Assembly (NCBI GenBank): GCA_044892525.1
Contig: CM097887.1
Span: 20,522,001-20,586,000 of the forward strand
Direction: 5' to 3'
DNA length: 64,000 nt
From: Schmidtea polychroa
Lineage: Eukaryota
The notes below the pieces were generated by a model. It saw only the letters and a list, made by a program, of their open reading frames with translations, made no database searches and was not told the DNA's origin. The position numbers and the translations under genes are program-made. Each line of letters opens with the position of its first letter. The first letter of the stretch is position 1. Of the stretch, positions 1 through 12,232 are shown piece after piece.

Positions 1-26
1 TCATTAAATCTTTTCTTTAGTAGGTA

Positions 27-745
27 CCGTGTTTTCCTTATTTGACGCCCCGGGCTTGTATTGTAAATTTTCATAAAAACTATTAAAATTGAGGTAGGGC
101 CTATAAAAAGAAAAGTTGAATATATGTCTATGAATCCAAACCTATATTATAAAGTAAAATAAAGAAACCAAACCAAAATCCAATTAAATACTTTATTCAT
201 GTCTCTCATCATCACTGAATATTACTAGATCTTCTGGGACATTTATTTCGTTCGGCAATACTGGCATCATCGATAATGACTGAATGATCATTGGACCAAA
301 CCTTTCATGTTTATAGATATGGCTATTTTCGAAACTGCTGGAAGGATTTAAATACCCGGCTATTAAAGCATTACTAATTATCTGAGTCGTGATTTTATCC
401 CATGATTTTTTAACCCAACAAGCAACTTCCTCGATCGCGGGCTTTTTAAAATTCCCTCTAATATTCCGTTCATTTCTTTGTTCAATATATTCGTTGATTT
501 CATTTTTTAGTTAATCTTTAAATGGTTTGTTCACATATATATACCAAAGATTGTAGATAGCTAGTAGTTCCAGAAGGGATCATATTATTTGATGAATTTT
601 GTAGGTATTCAGATATTCCTTCATTTTAATTGCTCTATGCCTGAGTCAACTAATTAGATGACGAGACATTTGGCTATGTTTTTTAATGGGATAATAAACA
701 CTATTAAAGCACTCAAATTATTGCTCTAATAGTGCTGCTTCCGAG
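27..745 (-). mobile_element. pogo-family (DDE_1) transposase remnant with one terminus
   Basis: Minus-strand translation gives MIPSGTTSYLQ..VNKPFKD and GNFKKPAIEEVACWVKKSWDKIT, typical of the pogo DDE_1 C-terminus, with stops and frameshifts. TA-CCGTGTTTTCC at 25-37 resembles a pogo TIR with TA target. Confidence 0.75.
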
Positions 746-820
746 AGATCCGCGCTAACCTTTCTTATCCAAGTTCTTTTCTTCAAAATATTCTTTATGG
801 TAATCTTCCTTCTGTGGACT

Positions 821-2714
821 TCACTTCTCTCTCTTCCACAAGTAGATTCTGGTCCCAAAATATGTGTAGAACATCTTTGCAGTCCAACTCAATACTTTAA
901 CAGACATTATTTTGCCATCCGCTTTACTTATTCCCATGCCTTTCAGCCTCTCCCATGATCCTTTGTACATATTTCCTCGCCAGTTAAAGGTGATCAAGCC
1001 AAACTCCACCTATGTTGCACCTCTCGCCTTGCACCACTCTTGAACCTCCTCCACGTTGTACTTTACACATTTGTTCTCATGCCTTTCCTGGTGATTCGCA
1101 TGGTCTATTACAATTTGAGTGTCGAGGACAATCGCTTTCGTCCCTCGAACACATACCAGACTTTCAGGTTGCCCATCGCATCTTTTGTCACACATCATTT
1201 CATTTCCGACCTTTCTACCTCCCCGCCCTGTCCTTGTTTTTGTTTGGAACAGGTTTGACGCTGCAGATAAATATCTTACCACCTAGAAGCCTCGTCCCAT
1301 TCTTAATCCAGTTATGAATAAAGGGAACTTCATTCGATCCGTTCAGGTCATAACCATCTTTACTTTCGTACAGCCAATGCTTCATCGCTTTGTAGTAGTC
1401 GTTCTTGGTTTTCTTTTTTACTCCATTAACTTTTATCGGTTTCCGGCTTTTTTCAATCTTTAGATTGCGGGGTGCTGCAGAAGATTAACAACACTCTAAT
1501 CTCCCGAATCTACCATGCTCTCGAGTCATTCGACGATCCCTTATTGGATTTCTTCTCTAATCGATGGTATTCCCAGACATCCGTCACCACACTTACTATT
1601 TATGAACGCTGCCGTAGTGTCATTTGGCAGCTTCAACCATTCCCGTACTAACCGCCTTGTCCTCTTATCCAGTTCCTGCAATTCCCCTAACCTCGACTCC
1701 CCCAATATAGTGCGATGCATGATACTAGGGATCAAGAAACTACGAAGTATCTCCAGGCGCTGTTGATGCTTTAGAGGCGCATTGGTAATTTCAAGCAACT
1801 TATCAACATAGGAAGTACCAATATTCGCTTTAACCTTCCCATGTGAGTTAAATTGCACACCAAGGTGTTTATAAGTTGAATCGGGGTCGGAGCTCATATG
1901 AAGGACGTTCCCATCATTGGCAGTCAGTACATCTAACGAACCACTTCTTATGGCCATCTCTTTGTGCCGTTATTGATGCACACTTTGCTGGATTTGGATC
2001 CAGCCCGTTCTTTTTTAGCTCTGCTAGGACTACATTCAGTAATAACTGTAACCCTTCTTTACTTTCTGTACATAAGACGATATCATCCGAGTAAGCCAGA
2101 AGAGGTGCTTTCTTACTTCCGAGTCGGTAACCCATACCAGTTTTCTCCACTGTACCAATCGCTTGCTCAACAATATTATTAAATAGGATCGGTGAGATTG
2201 ATCACCATGTTTTACTCCGCGGTTCATCATTGCGGTTACTGTCCCAATCTTCGTAGACGTGATGTAATCGACAAGAACCTTCGGGTCTCTCAGAATCTTT
2301 GCTCCTCTAATTATCGAATCATAGTTCACAGAGTCAAATGCTTTCCTCATGTCGATAAACGCCAATGATATAGGGCGTTTTTAGCTCCTCGCATCGTACA
2401 ACAAAGCCTCTAGGAGGCAAATGTTTTCCAGCGTTCCGTCACATTTCTTGAACCCTTTCTGAGCATTTGAGCCTGGGGCCCACATCGCGATCCGACTCGC
2501 CAAAATCTTGTGAAAACCAAGTGTCAACACAGAGCTAATGGTAATCGGCCCAAAAACTCCCCTTCCCTGGCATCCTTAATTTTAGGAATTAAAGTCCGGA
2601 ATGTAGCCAGATTTCAGCATGAGATTGAACAACTTGCATATCACTCGCGCCGGAGTTTTCCTTACTTGAGCAACACTTAAGCCGTCCGGTCCTTTTGCCG
2701 AATCCAGCTGATCT
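821..2714 (-). mobile_element. 5'-truncated, degenerate R2-clade non-LTR retrotransposon (RT, CCHC remnant, REL endonuclease)
   Basis: Motifs in order: DSAKGPDGL..KLFNLML, RPITISS, QKGF, FIDMRKAFDSV, GVKHGD, LAYSDDIVL, YKHLGV, WLKLPNDT..GCLGIP, C..RC..PESL, VLDTQIV..H..K..KY, FGLITFNWRG. Spread over several broken ORFs. Confidence 0.9.
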
Positions 2715-2795
2715 GTACTGTTTACCGATAAAATATGGTATTTCCCCACCAGTTTGACTGTTACTATACAATGACAATATATCTGGATTAATCAT
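2715..2795 (-). pseudogene. N-terminus of a Maverick/Polinton core protein (PW/pVII-like), truncated by the R2 element
   Basis: MINPDILSLYSNSQTGGEIPYFIGKQY resembles the Y..Q.GG..P.F.G..Y motif. Its ATG overlaps the stop of the upstream penton fragment (GATGATTAA). Confidence 0.6.
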
Positions 2796-2928
2796 CTAAT
2801 TTACGGAAATGTAATGTCAAATGAGTTTTTGAATCTTTAGGAAATTTAATGAGATTTTCACTATCGCCACGAATATTAATTTCTGTATTGTTTATACATG
2901 TTCTTGCTACTGGTAAATACATGGGATC
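2788..2928 (-). pseudogene. C-terminus of Maverick/Polinton minor capsid protein (penton)
   Basis: Manual translation DPMYLPVARTCINNTEINIRGDSENLIKFPKDSKTHLTLHFRKLDD* matches the YLPV...I.I.I.D.....F......LHFR ending of Polinton pentons. Confidence 0.75.
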
Positions 2929-3208
2929 CTAAATTTCTTACTAACCATTACCTAACAATATGTGTTATTGTATATGTAATTGTATATAATTGTATATTGT
3001 ATATGATTGTATATGTAAATATATGTTGTAATACTAGTATATGAATTTTATTGGTTGTTGTACATGACTATGTGTTTCTTGTGTGTTTAAATATTGGTAT
3101 AAATATAAATACATTATTTATTTATTTCATTATAAATGTTATCTCAATCAATTGAAAGTAAGTTACATTTTTAATTTTAAATTTATTTTAATTTTATTTT
3201 TAGAAATA

Positions 3209-3448
3209 ATGTATCAAGCTCTTGTTAATAAGATGTTACCTATAAGAACTTTGTGACTTGGTGTTCTGTGCACCAGAAACAAGAAATCTGGAGGCTACTG
3301 GAATCAATTTAATTCAAACTACAAGAAAAATAGAAAAAAATGGATTAAAGATGAGGCAATATGCAATTCACATTATATGTGCTGTGGAAATTGGAGGATC
3401 GCCAGAAATAAGCTTTCACTAGATTTTTGTGATAATAAATTATTTTAA
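3209..3448 (+). pseudogene. Small intronless ORF with one internal TGA, probably a Maverick accessory gene
   Basis: 80 codons (MYQALVNKMLPIRTL*LGVLC..GGYWNQFN..ICNSHYMCCGNW) with a single internal stop. Preceded by ATTGGTTG and TATAAAT motifs and adjacent to the capsid remnants. Confidence 0.4.
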
Positions 3449-3609
3449 ATTATTGTTTTTAACTTTTTATTTATGTAATTTTAGTTAAAATTTTATTTTG
3501 TTTATGTTTATTTCAATGAACTTTTTAATTTATGTAAATTTGATTGGTTGCACATGTGCATGATTTAGTATAAATAAAAGTTTTTTATAATGAATGTGTA
3601 CAATTATAA

Positions 3610-3966
3610 ATGTATCTAACAAAAGGAGAAAAAGTATTCAATGGTATTGAAACAGTGAAACCTACTCGAACAAAGAAAGATTTCAAGCCTGTACGAGTGT
3701 TCCATGACTATAAGATGTATTTCTTGGTGAATTGTGAGTACAAGTTATCGAAACCTGTTAGATTGACAAAAACTCAATATTCAAATTTAAACGGAAATAT
3801 ATCAAAAGAGGATGTTAAATCAATCAATAAAGTTTTACAACAGATCAATAAAAAATTGAGTTGTACTGAAAACATATTCATCAATTATCGGCATACAAGA
3901 TTTCATAATGCTTTTGATGAAATAGTTTATAGAAACAGAGAATTGGTATATCAATATCATAATTAA
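3610..3966 (+). CDS. Hypothetical intronless 118-aa protein, probably a Maverick accessory gene
   Basis: Long ORF for this composition. Preceded by the same ATTGGTTG and TATAAAT motifs as the 3209 ORF; start context TAAATG. No family recognised. Confidence 0.45.
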   Translation: MYLTKGEKVFNGIETVKPTRTKKDFKPVRVFHDYKMYFLVNCEYKLSKPVRLTKTQYSNLNGNISKEDVKSINKVLQQINKKLSCTENIFINYRHTRFHNAFDEIVYRNRELVYQYHN

Positions 3967-4224
3967 AGGATATAAAGTATCCTCAAATGAAGTTATGACA
4001 CCAATATAGAGAATTGATCAAGCGAGAATTTCTCTTGGATTTTAATGATCGAGATTTTATTTAAAATAAATTTTTGTATTTTGAAAACTGTCCTTATTAT
4101 TTAATTAAATTAATTTAAAAATTATAGCTCTGGTTTGAGAATAAATCTGATTGCTTCAAAAGTAATTTTATAAGTAATCGTGCTTTGATTGATATAAATT
4201 ATTATTATAATATTATTATTTTAT

Positions 4225-4306
4225 GGGACTGGTGGCTAAGTGGTGAATTTACTTTTCGGTTTTGACGTTATGTATGGGGTTCAAATCCAAGTATTGTCGA
4301 CTTTTT
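4225..4306 (+). repeat. tRNA-derived SINE-like head (Pol III A and B boxes); partial copies at about 4426 and 5237
   Basis: A box TGGCTAAGTGG at 4233-4243, B box GGTTCAAATCC at 4278-4288, followed by a T6 run. The other copies share the A box and 3' flank but lack the B box. No clean cloverleaf. Confidence 0.55.
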
Positions 4307-5439
4307 TCAAAAATTAATTTTTTACATGTTATTTTTAATGGTGCATTGATTGATATAGATTAATATTATTTTTTATTATTATTAAAAATATTAATATTAT
4401 TATTTTATTATTAATATTATTTTGTGGGACTGATGGCTAAGTGGTGATTTTTGATTTTGACGTTAGGTATGGGCGACTTTTTTCAAAAATTAATTTTTAC
4501 ATGCTATTTTTAATATAGATCGAATCAGCATACCTTACTTGCTATAAATTGAAATTTTCGTAAAAATCGGTTAATGATTTTTATTTAAAGGTTCATAGTA
4601 TTTTCTCACCTACTGATATAAAATGCAGTAAACAATCATTAAATAATAATTGATATTAAGTTTTAGACCATTTGGGCATTTATTTTATTATACTTTGTGA
4701 TTTTATTAATTATTTTTTGTACCCTTCAAATAACAATAAACATTTAATCTATTGACCATTTTTTATATAAGGTATGCAAACGTTATGAAATGTATAAAAA
4801 AGGGAAATGATCCATTTATAATGTTTGTGTATGACGCAATGAGCATACGAGTGGTCAGTTAGTAACAATGTATGTATTACGTAAAGGTCACGCGTGAAGT
4901 CAGATAACAACAACACGTGTATTGCGTAATCGGTCATTATTAATACCCCCTTGTATCTGACGGGCTCACATCCTACTTTTAGCAATAGGAATTATTATTT
5001 TTCATTATTATTAGCAAAATTTACATCTAAATTATCTTTAAAATTTATTTCATTATAAAATTTAATTTAAATTTGACTTCTCAAAAGCCGGCTATTATTC
5101 AAACTTTTTGATATTAAATTTAAATTCTTACTTTAATATTCACGAGTCTAGAATCTAGACCATTACTTAATTTTAAAAATTTAGCACTTTAATTTTAAAT
5201 TTTAGACATTTAATTTACCTATTATTTTTATTATTTGGGACTGGCGGTTAAGTGGTGATAATAATAATAACTTTTTTATTTTTTCAAAAAAATAATTTTT
5301 AACAGTTAATTTTTAATAAAGATCGAATAGGCATACTTTAATTGCTCTGAATTGAAATTTTCATAACTAAATTTTCCAATTCTTTTAACAAAATTTCATG
5401 CACGGTAACTGTTTTCATAGAAAAAGATGAAAGGTCTAC

Positions 5440-6150
5440 CTTTAGGACGACTTTTATTTAAATCGCTTGTAATATCTACCAAGCCAAAGTCTATTTGATT
5501 ATTTAAAAATATATTATCGATAATTTCATCACTGATTTTGATTTTTTATTTGGTATAATTTGAATTTACCATCGTTTATTCATATTAACGAATTCTTCAA
5601 TTTGGTTATTTAATTTATTATTCTATTCTTTCAATATATTAATCTGATCTTTCAATATATTTATTTCATTATTTTCGATAGATTTATTGACGGTTTCTTG
5701 TTGTATAAATGACTTATATATAGAGTTGAAAAGAGTCTTCCTAGATGGTTTAAATTGTCTATTATTATTTCTGCGATTATTTCACTATAATACTTAGTTA
5801 AAATCTATTCAATATAAATATCTATCCTGAAAAAATCTATTAAAACAATATTTTATTGTAAAAATCAAAATTAAATCTATTTAACATTTTTTAAATTAAT
5901 CTATCTATTAAAAAAAAATTCTTAAATATATTTCCTATAAATATTATCAAACAACAAATCTTACATTTTGGCTTCCCATTGAAGCGATTCTCGTCATAAA
6001 TTTATTTCCTGTAGCATAAAGCTAATTTCCATTAATAATTTCTGCTTTTAAAAATTAATGACTAAAAATTACCATCGATATCTGTGTTTAAACATTCATT
6101 TCTCCAAGTTTCTTCGAATTGATTGATTGAGGAGATATATTTTTTACTAA
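5440..6150 (-). pseudogene. Spliced gene remnant, coiled-coil-like, product unknown
   Basis: Exon-like blocks 6073-~6150, 5965-6008, 5570-5826 and 5440-5531 with GT-AG borders. Two junctions are phase-consistent (one 38-nt intron), one is not. Two in-frame TAG codons. Confidence 0.4.
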
Positions 6151-6240
6151 AATTTATAAAAAATATTGAAATGTATAATTTAAATATTAATTTAACCATT
6201 TTTGTTTTCGGTTTCTATCTTGGAAATTAATGTCGGTATC

Positions 6241-6260
6241 GGGTTAGGGTTAGGGTTAGG
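6241..6260 (+). repeat. Interstitial telomere-like tract (TTAGGG) x~3
   Basis: GGGTTAGGGTTAGGGTTAGG read directly. Confidence 0.85.
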
Positions 6261-6299
6261 TAAAAACACAAGTACAAATACAAAACACAGAAAATGCGC

Positions 6300-7807
6300 C
6301 GTCATCAGTTCTGCAGATAGCTAAAAAGAGTAAATACTGCGACGAATAATTTTGCTATTTTGCTTGTTATTGCGAGGTATTTAAAAGACAATGAAGCCGA
6401 TGAAAACCTTTTACTTTGTCATGCTCTGTAAGAACACATAACAGGTGAAAATATATTCAAAGCTACCGATTTATTATTTCCAAGAAAAAGTCATAAATTG
6501 GTCTAATTGCTTTGGGCTTTGTACCGATGGTGGCAAGTCTGCGCGGTCGAGTCTTGAAGATAGCTCCCAAAATAAGTTGGAGTCACTGTTGCATCGACAG
6601 GCAAAGTTTTGCATTTAAGCACCTTCCAGTGCAAATGAAGCTTGTTCTTGACGAAGCTACGAAAGTGGTTAATTTTATAAAGTCAAGTTCAACCAACTCG
6701 AAAATTTTTAAAGCTCTTTGTGAAGATTTTGATAGTGATCATTCTACTCTGCTATATCATACAGAAGGTGGCTTAGACATGACGTACAGGCTTTCTTCGA
6801 AGAACATCCTTTTCAACTTGCTTCCAAGTTCCACGACTGTAATTGGCTTCAGACGCTTGCGTATTTATCAGACATTTTCCTACGTACAAACAATCTAAAT
6901 TTAGCACTTCAAAATAACTCCATATCGATATTTGATGTCTCGGATAAAATTAATCAATGATTAAAAAATTAATTTTTGGAGAACATGTATTGAAAACGGT
7001 CAATCGGAGGTATTTGAAACTTTGCACAATTTCCTATCAAAGGATAAACTTTGCCTCTCCAGAGAATTGAGCAACAACATATTTGAACATTTAAAAGAGC
7101 TAAAATCAAATTTCGAGAAGTATTTTCACAAACCTGATGTAGAAAACAATTGGATTTCAAATCCTTTCAATGACTAATACTTTCGAATAGCTAAATTATG
7201 AATCACTGAAAAAGAGAACTTAATTGAACTTTCATATGACTCTACATTGAAAGTCGAATTTAAAGGAAAATGTCTTATTAACTTTTGGTCACATATCAGC
7301 TCCGAATATGAATTGCTTTCTGCCAAAGCGCTTAACGTTTTGTTACCATTTACAAGTACAGTGCTGGTGTAAAGAGCATTCTCTTCATATCTCTTTATTA
7401 AAAACAGATACGGTAATAAGCTGAATGCAGCTCCAGATTTAAGATTATACCTTGCATCAATTGAACCTGACTTCAAAAAACTATGCGCCTCCAAGCAAGC
7501 TCAAGGATCTCACTAAATGTAATAAGTTAAGTTAAAAGTAATGAAAAATTTCAATGTAAAAAATATAATAGTTTATATTCATATCGTTTTTTTGATTAAA
7601 ATATATGTAACTATAATAAATGTTTCATCAATACACATTCTGAGCATACTCCTTGACACATTATTGTTATTTATTTAGTGTTCGAACAAATTTAAAATAA
7701 TAACAAATACGCGAGTATTAATATATTTTTTTTCTAATATAAGGGGTACAATTTAGGATAATGAATTTCCAAGGGGTACTCAAGTCAAAAAAGTTTGAGA
7801 AGCGCTG
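6300..7807 (+). mobile_element. 5'-truncated hAT Buster/Charlie (ZBED5/8-like) element
   Basis: GLCTDGG, WSHC..RQ, VVNFIK, LLYHTE and a C-terminus ending KQAQGSH* (stop 7514-7516). Right TIR GTTTGAGAAGCGCTG ends at 7807, followed by CTTTAACA (NNNTANNN target). Confidence 0.9.
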
Positions 7808-8258
7808 CTTTAACAGACAAACATTTTTGGTTTTCTATAAAATTCGTCTAAGATTAGAATTTTTTAGGGTTCTGTTGTAGAATCTTTTTTTGCTTTGGGG
7901 CTAATAAATGAAAAGCTGTCATGCATTTATAATTGTTCCATAAGACTTCGTAAGCGGATTCTGTTTCAAAAACTTCCAAGATGAACACAGCTATTAATTT
8001 CTTAATTAAAACAAAAATTATTTCTTTATCTGACTACACTGAGTTATAAAAACATTAAAAACCAAATTAAAAGTCAAAAGAAAAGTTAGATTGGAATTAA
8101 ACAAAAAAGTGGATCAAGACTTTTGAATTCGTGGAAGTGGTAATGTAGTAGAATACAATTCTGACACAATTAACCTTTACAATGACTCGCCATTAAATGA
8201 GATCAACCTAACGCGCAAACATTTTCTGAGCTTAGATACAACTCAACATCGTATAAAC

Positions 8259-10230
8259 CAGGGGTGTCCACCTTTTAGCTTCCCTGGGTCACATTAGACA
8301 CAAGATGAGTTGTTTTGGGCCTCATAAAAAAATTCACTTACACTAATAATGGCTGATGAGAAAATAAAACTTATGTTATATAGTTAACATATTTATGTAT
8401 TTTATATATTTATTAATTTCTTATTCCAAAAGTAAAAGACAAAACCAAATTCAGAAATGAGTGAGAAACTTGACTTTGTTTTTGATATACTAATGCGTCA
8501 ATATTTGCTTCGATGGAAGTAGTTGCGATTCTTAGTGATTGCTCAAGGTGCTCATCAGATAGTTTCGTTCTATTTTTATTCTTTGTGTGCTTCATCCGTG
8601 AAAATAACTGCTCACAAATGTTGGTGCTTCCAAATAGCGATGACATAAATAGGACATGGTTGTGAAGCGAGAGATATTTTTCTTTGAGAAGATATATCTT
8701 ATAGAAGTAAAGAGTAAAGAGACTTGATGAAATTTTTCTTTAAATTTAATGTCAGATTGTAACTATGCATTCTATTTGAAAATTGGCTGGTAATAAGTTA
8801 ATTTCGACTGAAAAAGGAATCGAAAATATACCAAAAAGTAGATCATTTTTCCGGAAATCTTGGAATCTATTCTCAAACTCCTGTATCAAATCTGAAAGCA
8901 AAGTTACATATTTTTCGTTGTTCAGAGGACTGTGTTTCGCCAACTTGTTGAAATGCATAAAATTGTTTGGCTTAATTTGTGATTGCCATAATTTCAGTTT
9001 CATTTCAAATGCTGATATGGTTTGAAACGTATTGGTATTTACCTTGAAGACGCGAATTTAACTCATTTAAATGAGTGGTCAAGTCTACTAAAAATGCAAA
9101 ATCGGTGAGCCAGTGTTCATTGTCAAGTTCGGGCACACATTTCGTTTTCGATTCCATAAATGACTTGATTTCATTTCGCAAATCATAAAATCTTTTCAAC
9201 ATGTTTCCCCGGCTTAACCATCTAACTTCCGAAAAGTAAATGATATCCCCATATTCCGCATCCATAATTTTAAGAAATTCCTGGAATTGACGATGATTCA
9301 ATCCCTTGGCTCTTATAAATTTTACAGCGTTGATGACAATCGGCATCACGTTATTCATCTTTTTGCGCATAAATTTTCTTGATGTACTATGCAGTGATAT
9401 TTCATAAAACGTAAATTTTGGGCGGCAAATGCATCGTCTTCTACTAATTTTACAAGTCCTTCTCGTTTACCTACCATTGCTGGAGCACCATCAGTTACTA
9501 TTCCAGACATATTCTCAACGGGCAAAGAAAATCGTTTTAGTGTAGTTTTCACCGCTTCATACAAATCTCTTGATTTAGTTGTGACTTTTAGTGGCACTAA
9601 AGAAGCCATTTCTTCAGTGTCGTTATATTCTTCATCAATACATCTAATAAAAATCGCCAATTGAGCTGTATCAGTAGAATCAGTACTTTCGTCTATCGCC
9701 ATAACATAAAATTTAAAATTAGCTGATCTACTCTCCAAACCTACTTCGACAAATTTTCCGATTTCTTCAATTCGCCTGGCTATTGTCTGGTGAGACAAAC
9801 TGATTTTAGAAAATTCTTTTTTATCAGGGCAAATTATATCTGCAACGCTTTCCATGTATAGCTTAAGTTTTGTGCTATCAAATTTGAAACCACATAACTA
9901 GCTTTTACGGTAGAATTCTTTTGAGTTGCAATTTTCTTTAAAAACTTTGTTGAGATGAGACTTTTTGTCAATTCTGCTATTTTGTCTTTACGACACATTC
10001 CTTGATATGAATTAAAGTTACTAGCATGTTTTTGCGTATAATGCCTCTACAAATTGTAGTCTTTGAAAACAGGTACAAATTCCCGACAGATTAAGCACAT
10101 TGCCTTAGTATTTGTCTCAACAAAAAGTAGTCATCTGACCACTTTTCGTTGAAAAATCTTCTTCTTCCATAATTTTTCTCTTTTTTTTTCGTTCGGTTTC
10201 TTTTTGTGGCGCTGTGGAAGCCATGATGAA
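8259..10230 (-). mobile_element. Defective hAT SPIN/GTF2IRD2-like transposon
   Basis: AIDESTD, VTDGAPAM, YHCIVHQENLCA, SEVRWLSRG, FGSTNICEQLFS over 4-5 broken ORFs. Terminus CAGGGGTGTCCA at 8259 preceded by GTATAAAC. The other TIR was not found. Confidence 0.92.
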
Positions 10231-12185
10231 ATTAAAAAGATTGATAAATATTTATAAATAAATACCCCTCGTGATATTATTTTAAATTTGCCACCTAAAT
10301 TTGTTGTTTAAGTTGGTAATGCCAATTAATATGAAATTTGAAAGCATTTTGTATGCTGTTTTTTTTTCTAACCTAACCGCATTTTTTTTTACTTTTTATT
10401 ACGGATACCTAAGTACTAAATTTTCATGAAAAACAAATTTCGATCATTTCTGGATCTAAAATTCAAAATTAATCCATGCCTTGAGTGATTAAAAGCAGTA
10501 AATAAATTGTTAAATAATAATGATGGTTAAATTTAACGATAATTTCGTAGCTGACAGTACAATACGTGTATAAATCAAATAAAAATACTTTCGTTGTATC
10601 AAATTCTAAAATTTATTAACAGGTTTTAAGATTACTAAAAAATTTTTAAATTTTTTTAAACAAATCATCAATTGGGGGATGAGGTCATAAACAATTAAAT
10701 GAAAAAATTGTGTGAAATAAATTAAAGAGTTATGAATCATATGTGAATTAAACTTATAATGGAAAATTAAATTATTTTAAAGGTTCGATTACTTCGAAAG
10801 AACAAAAGAAATAAGAAAAAAATGACATTACAAACAATCATAAGTATCTACTATTTAATAATAACAAAATAATAACATAATAAAAGTTTTTAGCACTAAC
10901 AAAGCATTAAATAATAATAAAATATTATTGTAAATAATCCCACGTATCTGAATGAAAACTTTCAATTGTTATAGATTCTCCATAGAATAATTCTTCATTC
11001 AGTTCAAATTTTGCTCTCATTCCATGTTGAGAACTGGCAAACATGATATAAGCGGAATTCGGTTTAATGATTATGTCAATTATTGGTTTGAATTTATCCT
11101 CACGTATTTGAATTTATACTCACGTACTGAATCTCATAAAAATGCACATTGAAGATTAAACACAACAGTACTAACAGAATGATTAGAGATTGTTTGAGAA
11201 CACAATATATATTACGATTTTCTGTTATTACAATGTTTGTACTTCAGTAGTGAATTTTATAAAACAGTTTCCGAAATAGAAAGCGCTCTGATATTATGAT
11301 ACAAATTGGCAAACTTTTTTGGTTGTGTTTGATCATAATTTTAATAAAAATAAAAATTTATTTTTCAATTGGTTAATATATTTAAAATTTATCAATTAGT
11401 CTTCCTGTTTCTACACTATGTAAGAGGGGATTCAAAAATGAACACAAAATTAAATAAGAATACAATTATTTTTATTATTAATTTTTTGGTAGTTGTGTAT
11501 TATTCTTTAGGTGCTTTACCCGAAATTCTAAAAATTTAATTTTCATTGATATACAAAAAATGCCTTCAAAATCCACGGAGATAACTCTTTAATTTGACTT
11601 GCTAGTTCTATGATGTTACACATCTTCCATTAAAATAGTTTTAAACTTCAACTTGAAAATATACCAATATCTAAAATGCCATTTTATCATAACATATATA
11701 AATAATGGTACTATATAATTAATTAAAATATACTATTTACAATAATAAGTAACAAATAAAGATCTTAAGTCTAAATTAATAGTGATTTCATGTTAATTTT
11801 GTTACTTAATTGATCTTTTCTTTTGTTGTACTCAATCTCGATGGTTGGTTTACTTATTTCTTTTCCATTAACTTCAGAAGTGACACAACTTTGTCTCATT
11901 TATAAAATGACGGCTCAACATTTAAACCTCAAATAAATTGAACAAAAGTTAAATAAATAACTAAAACTATTATTAACATTGGTTTCATAATTGGTAGGTA
12001 ATATAAATGGAATAAGTAAAATAATAACAAACATATTCCCAATCGTCGGGGTTTGGCTACCCTGGAAAACGATTGAAAATGGTTGGTTGTCAGCATCTAT
12101 ATAAGTAGGCAGTTAACAATTAAATGCGACGAATATGATAAATATCAAAAATGTATAACAATTACTATTATTCGTTATTTATTAT

Positions 12186-12232
12186 TTTTATTATATAAAA
12201 GAAAGAGACTGATAAATAATAGTGCCTCTGTA
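12186..12232 (+). repeat. Dispersed ~47-bp repeat (second copy 19573-19619), possibly a Helitron 5' end
   Basis: TTTTATTATATAAAAGAAAGAGACTGATA is shared by both copies. The Helitron assignment is recall-based only. Confidence 0.5.

Noticed and set aside
1012-2182. Plus-strand ORFs overlapping the R2 element, and similar antisense ORFs over RPN2 and the hATs
   Set aside because: Shadow ORFs of the real coding strand.
12050-12064. GTTTGGCTACCCTG as the missing TIR of the 8259 hAT
   Set aside because: It does not match CAGGGGTGTCCA, and no matching TSD follows.
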